32,000 nt of DNA, from positions 120,001-152,000 of the forward strand of contig NZ_CP043315.1 in NCBI RefSeq assembly GCF_008189285.1, in the 5' to 3' direction. Made by a program: the position numbers and the translations under genes. The stretch's first letter is position 1. Each line of letters opens with the position of its first letter. Source of the stretch: Candidatus Saccharimonadota bacterium (GTDB lineage: Bacteria; Pseudomonadota; Alphaproteobacteria; CAJXXZ01; 1604HC). Positions 30,097 through 32,000 of the stretch are shown here, one piece after another. The notes beneath the pieces are model-generated. The model was not told the origin of the DNA. It searched no databases and saw only the letters and a program-made list of their open reading frames with translations.

Positions 30097-30853
30097 AATT
30101 GCAATTTCCAGATTACACATTCATGCATTTGAATGTGATCTATACCTTCCTGCTTGTACGCTTTATAATCACCTCGTAGATTCAGATGAACTTCAATCTG
30201 AATTTGGTCTTACTTTTGATGAATTAGAGGTTGAGTTAGCATATGAACTATTAGGTGCAAATGATTATGGAATAGAACATAAAATCATCAATGATTGTTT
30301 TCAAGATGGCATTAATACCAACTTTTGCTTTTGTTATAGTGATAATGATAATGAATTAGATGATTTAGGAAAAAAAGAAGATTATAAACGCATGAATTTT
30401 AGCAAAGAAATGAGACATGATCGTATCAATATTTTAAGTGTATCGATAGATATGCAGCAACATTTATTGCTAAGGAATATTATACAATTGGAATATATTG
30501 CCATACTGCCAAAAGAGCTAATAATTGTAGGAGATCATGTAGATCTTTTAGATTTAAATAAGGAAGCATTTATACGTGGAGATTATTTTAGAAAAGGATT
30601 GTTGGATTTTCCTTTTGTGCTTAATGCTGATAATGGAAGTGACACGCCTGCTAATTTTGCAAAACTCGAGGAGTTGGATTTGTTTTTTAGATTACTTAAA
30701 GATGTATACTCAAAAATAGAGAGAAAAAGCGTAGAATGGACTAATGCATATATGAATAATAACGAGAATCTCTCTTCCTTTTCTTTCAGCAATCCAAAGC
30801 CAATAGAAAATCTTTTGGAATATTACAATAATTTCGTTAAAAATAATTCATAA
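29522..30853 (+). CDS. Hypothetical, probably secreted modular protein (fused form of the paralog pair)
   Basis: 443 aa in three parts. The N-terminal 192 aa are identical to ORF 26057-26878. A unique acidic middle segment of about 105 aa follows. The C-terminal segment of about 147 aa is homologous to ORF 25624-26046. It is transcribed divergently from gyrB. Confidence 0.85.
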   Translation: MLNKLQSTILSCAILASMSNINCTFEVMEYSKARESALSSFKDLCQPGTNTININAIMMFLSVTYELKSKLYNTDDVRMSNCTQANAFKLLHMDISEDAIKGGIDQHLGKQIMDEISCSKMEGILDGEPGEVWNIISEGYNGGYAISGESVGALDISKSIPHFLLSIIFNAPIEKLEIGINGFSEMNIIPSGIAISRLHIHAFECDLYLPACTLYNHLVDSDELQSEFGLTFDELEVELAYELLGANDYGIEHKIINDCFQDGINTNFCFCYSDNDNELDDLGKKEDYKRMNFSKEMRHDRINILSVSIDMQQHLLLRNIIQLEYIAILPKELIIVGDHVDLLDLNKEAFIRGDYFRKGLLDFPFVLNADNGSDTPANFAKLEELDLFFRLLKDVYSKIERKSVEWTNAYMNNNENLSSFSFSNPKPIENLLEYYNNFVKNNS

Positions 30854-30871
30854 GAAGCGATTTTTTGATTG

Positions 30872-30926
30872 TTTTTGCAATAATTTTCTATAATTTCTAT
30901 ATTTTTGCAATAATTTTCTATAATTT
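30872..30926. repeat. Direct repeat, 25 nt x 2 (tttttgcaataattttctataattt), period 30
   Basis: Perfect copies at 30872-30896 and 30902-30926, between the convergent 443-aa ORF and birA. The birA stop codon (30918-30920) lies inside copy 2. Confidence 0.85.
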
Positions 30927-31700
30927 ATAACTTAAATTATCCTTTAATCTTAATCTTCCTTTATGAAAAGTTCTTCTTTCATTATTCGATTCAATAATTA
31001 TCATTCCATTTTTATCATAACCTTTAAATATTCCTTCAATTTCTTGATTTTCAATATGAAGAGTAATTTCCTGATTTAAATATGCAGAATATTTATTGAG
31101 TTTTTTGAGAAAGAAATTAATTCCATGATTAAGAAAATTATCCAAATAAGTCAATATTTCATCACAAATATCTTCAGTCAACTTCTCTATATCTATTTCG
31201 TGCTTCAAAATATCTTTCAAGCAAATTGAATTTTCAGCATGGGCAATATTTACATTAATCCCAATCCCAATAACAGCCAATTGATGCTCTTTGTATTTAT
31301 GTAAATCACATATCACGCCGCCCATTTTCTTATTATTATATAAAATATCATTAATCCACTTTACACTTATCTCAACATTGTAATTTTGCAAAATATCATG
31401 AATTAAAATAGTGAATATTTGAGTAAGATTTATAACATTGCATTTTTTTAATTTTACTATGCAGCTAAGGTATAAATTGCCTTCAGGAGAATGCCATGAG
31501 CGTCCATATTGTCCTCGCCCATCATTTTGTTTTTTTGCTTTAATTGCAATAAATTTATTTTCATTTAATATAGATTCAAGATTAATTTCTTCGTTATATT
31601 TTTCATGAATAATATCTTTAGCAATAATTTGAGTACTGTCAATTTGATCTAAGTTTATCAATAAAAATTTTTTGAAATTACTGAGACTTATTAAATTCAT
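30918..31700 (-). CDS. birA: Biotin--[acetyl-CoA-carboxylase] ligase, class I (no N-terminal HTH)
   Basis: 260 aa. The motif GRGQYGRSWHSPEGNLYLS matches the BirA biotin-binding loop GRGRxGRxWxSPxGxNLYxS. The length is consistent with a ligase-only enzyme. Confidence 0.88.
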   Translation of the reverse strand: MNLISLSNFKKFLLINLDQIDSTQIIAKDIIHEKYNEEINLESILNENKFIAIKAKKQNDGRGQYGRSWHSPEGNLYLSCIVKLKKCNVINLTQIFTILIHDILQNYNVEISVKWINDILYNNKKMGGVICDLHKYKEHQLAVIGIGINVNIAHAENSICLKDILKHEIDIEKLTEDICDEILTYLDNFLNHGINFFLKKLNKYSAYLNQEITLHIENQEIEGIFKGYDKNGMIIIESNNERRTFHKGRLRLKDNLSYKL

Positions 31701-31843
31701 ATGTAAATTTTACACAATATCTGAATAATAGAAAGCGTATTATTGAAACGCGCAAGATGCATGATCACAATATGCGAGACATATTATTGCAATATATGAG
31801 ATATGTTATTGCAATATATTATATAGAATTTTACGATTAGTAT

Positions 31844-32000
31844 ATGTTATGCACTAGATTTGCCCCAAGCCCAACTGGATTATTACATTTGGGAAATGTT
31901 AGAACAGCTTTATTGTCATATTTATGGTCCATGAATAATAAAGGAAAATTCATATTACGTTTTGATGATACGGATAGAGTTGAAGAGGAATATATTAAAG
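31844..32000 (+). CDS. gltX: Glutamate--tRNA ligase family protein, 5' end (continues beyond the window)
   Basis: From the ATG at 31844 the translation is [52 protein letters not shown]. This is the canonical GluRS N-terminus with a HIGH-type motif (HLGN). I cannot distinguish GltX from a GluQ-RS-like paralog from 52 codons. Confidence 0.8.
   Translation, partial: MLCTRFAPSPTGLLHLGNVRTALLSYLWSMNNKGKFILRFDDTDRVEEEYIK

Overview
The window is visibly AT-rich and tightly packed, with many start/stop overlaps. This is typical of a reduced, host-associated proteobacterial genome. TGA is used as a stop codon, so the code is standard.

Most of the window is housekeeping. The minus-strand block holds dnaE, lolD, a lolC/E-like permease, an envelope operon (small ORF, CapD-like protein, PpiD-like protein, MscS-family channel), argS, a phosphohexomutase and dksA. 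After a strand switch near 15.2-16.0 kb, the plus-strand block holds an ABC-2 exporter pair, a dsbB-like gene, lon, cysS, a possible holA-like gene, hisS and prfA. I saw no rRNA, tRNA, CRISPR array, transposase or integrase.

The unusual part is the gyrB neighbourhood (about 25.4-30.9 kb):
- gyrB is bracketed by a 586-bp inverted repeat with only 4 mismatches, all synonymous.
- Each repeat arm forms the 5' end and first 192 codons of one of two paralogous genes of unknown function, which appear to encode secreted proteins.
- The plus-strand copy is a single 443-aa fusion. The minus-strand copy is split into 273-aa and 140-aa ORFs.
- The middle segments of the two copies are unrelated. The 3' modules are diverged but share a nearly identical 33-nt block.
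- A decayed internal fragment of gyrB (Toprim region) abuts the stop codon of the split copy.

Together this suggests a recombination-active, possibly invertible or cassette-like locus built around an essential gene.

Separately, there are perfect tandem repeat arrays: 67 bp x 6.3 upstream of the envelope operon, and 14 bp x 9 between convergent genes. Several short direct repeats lie at gene ends.
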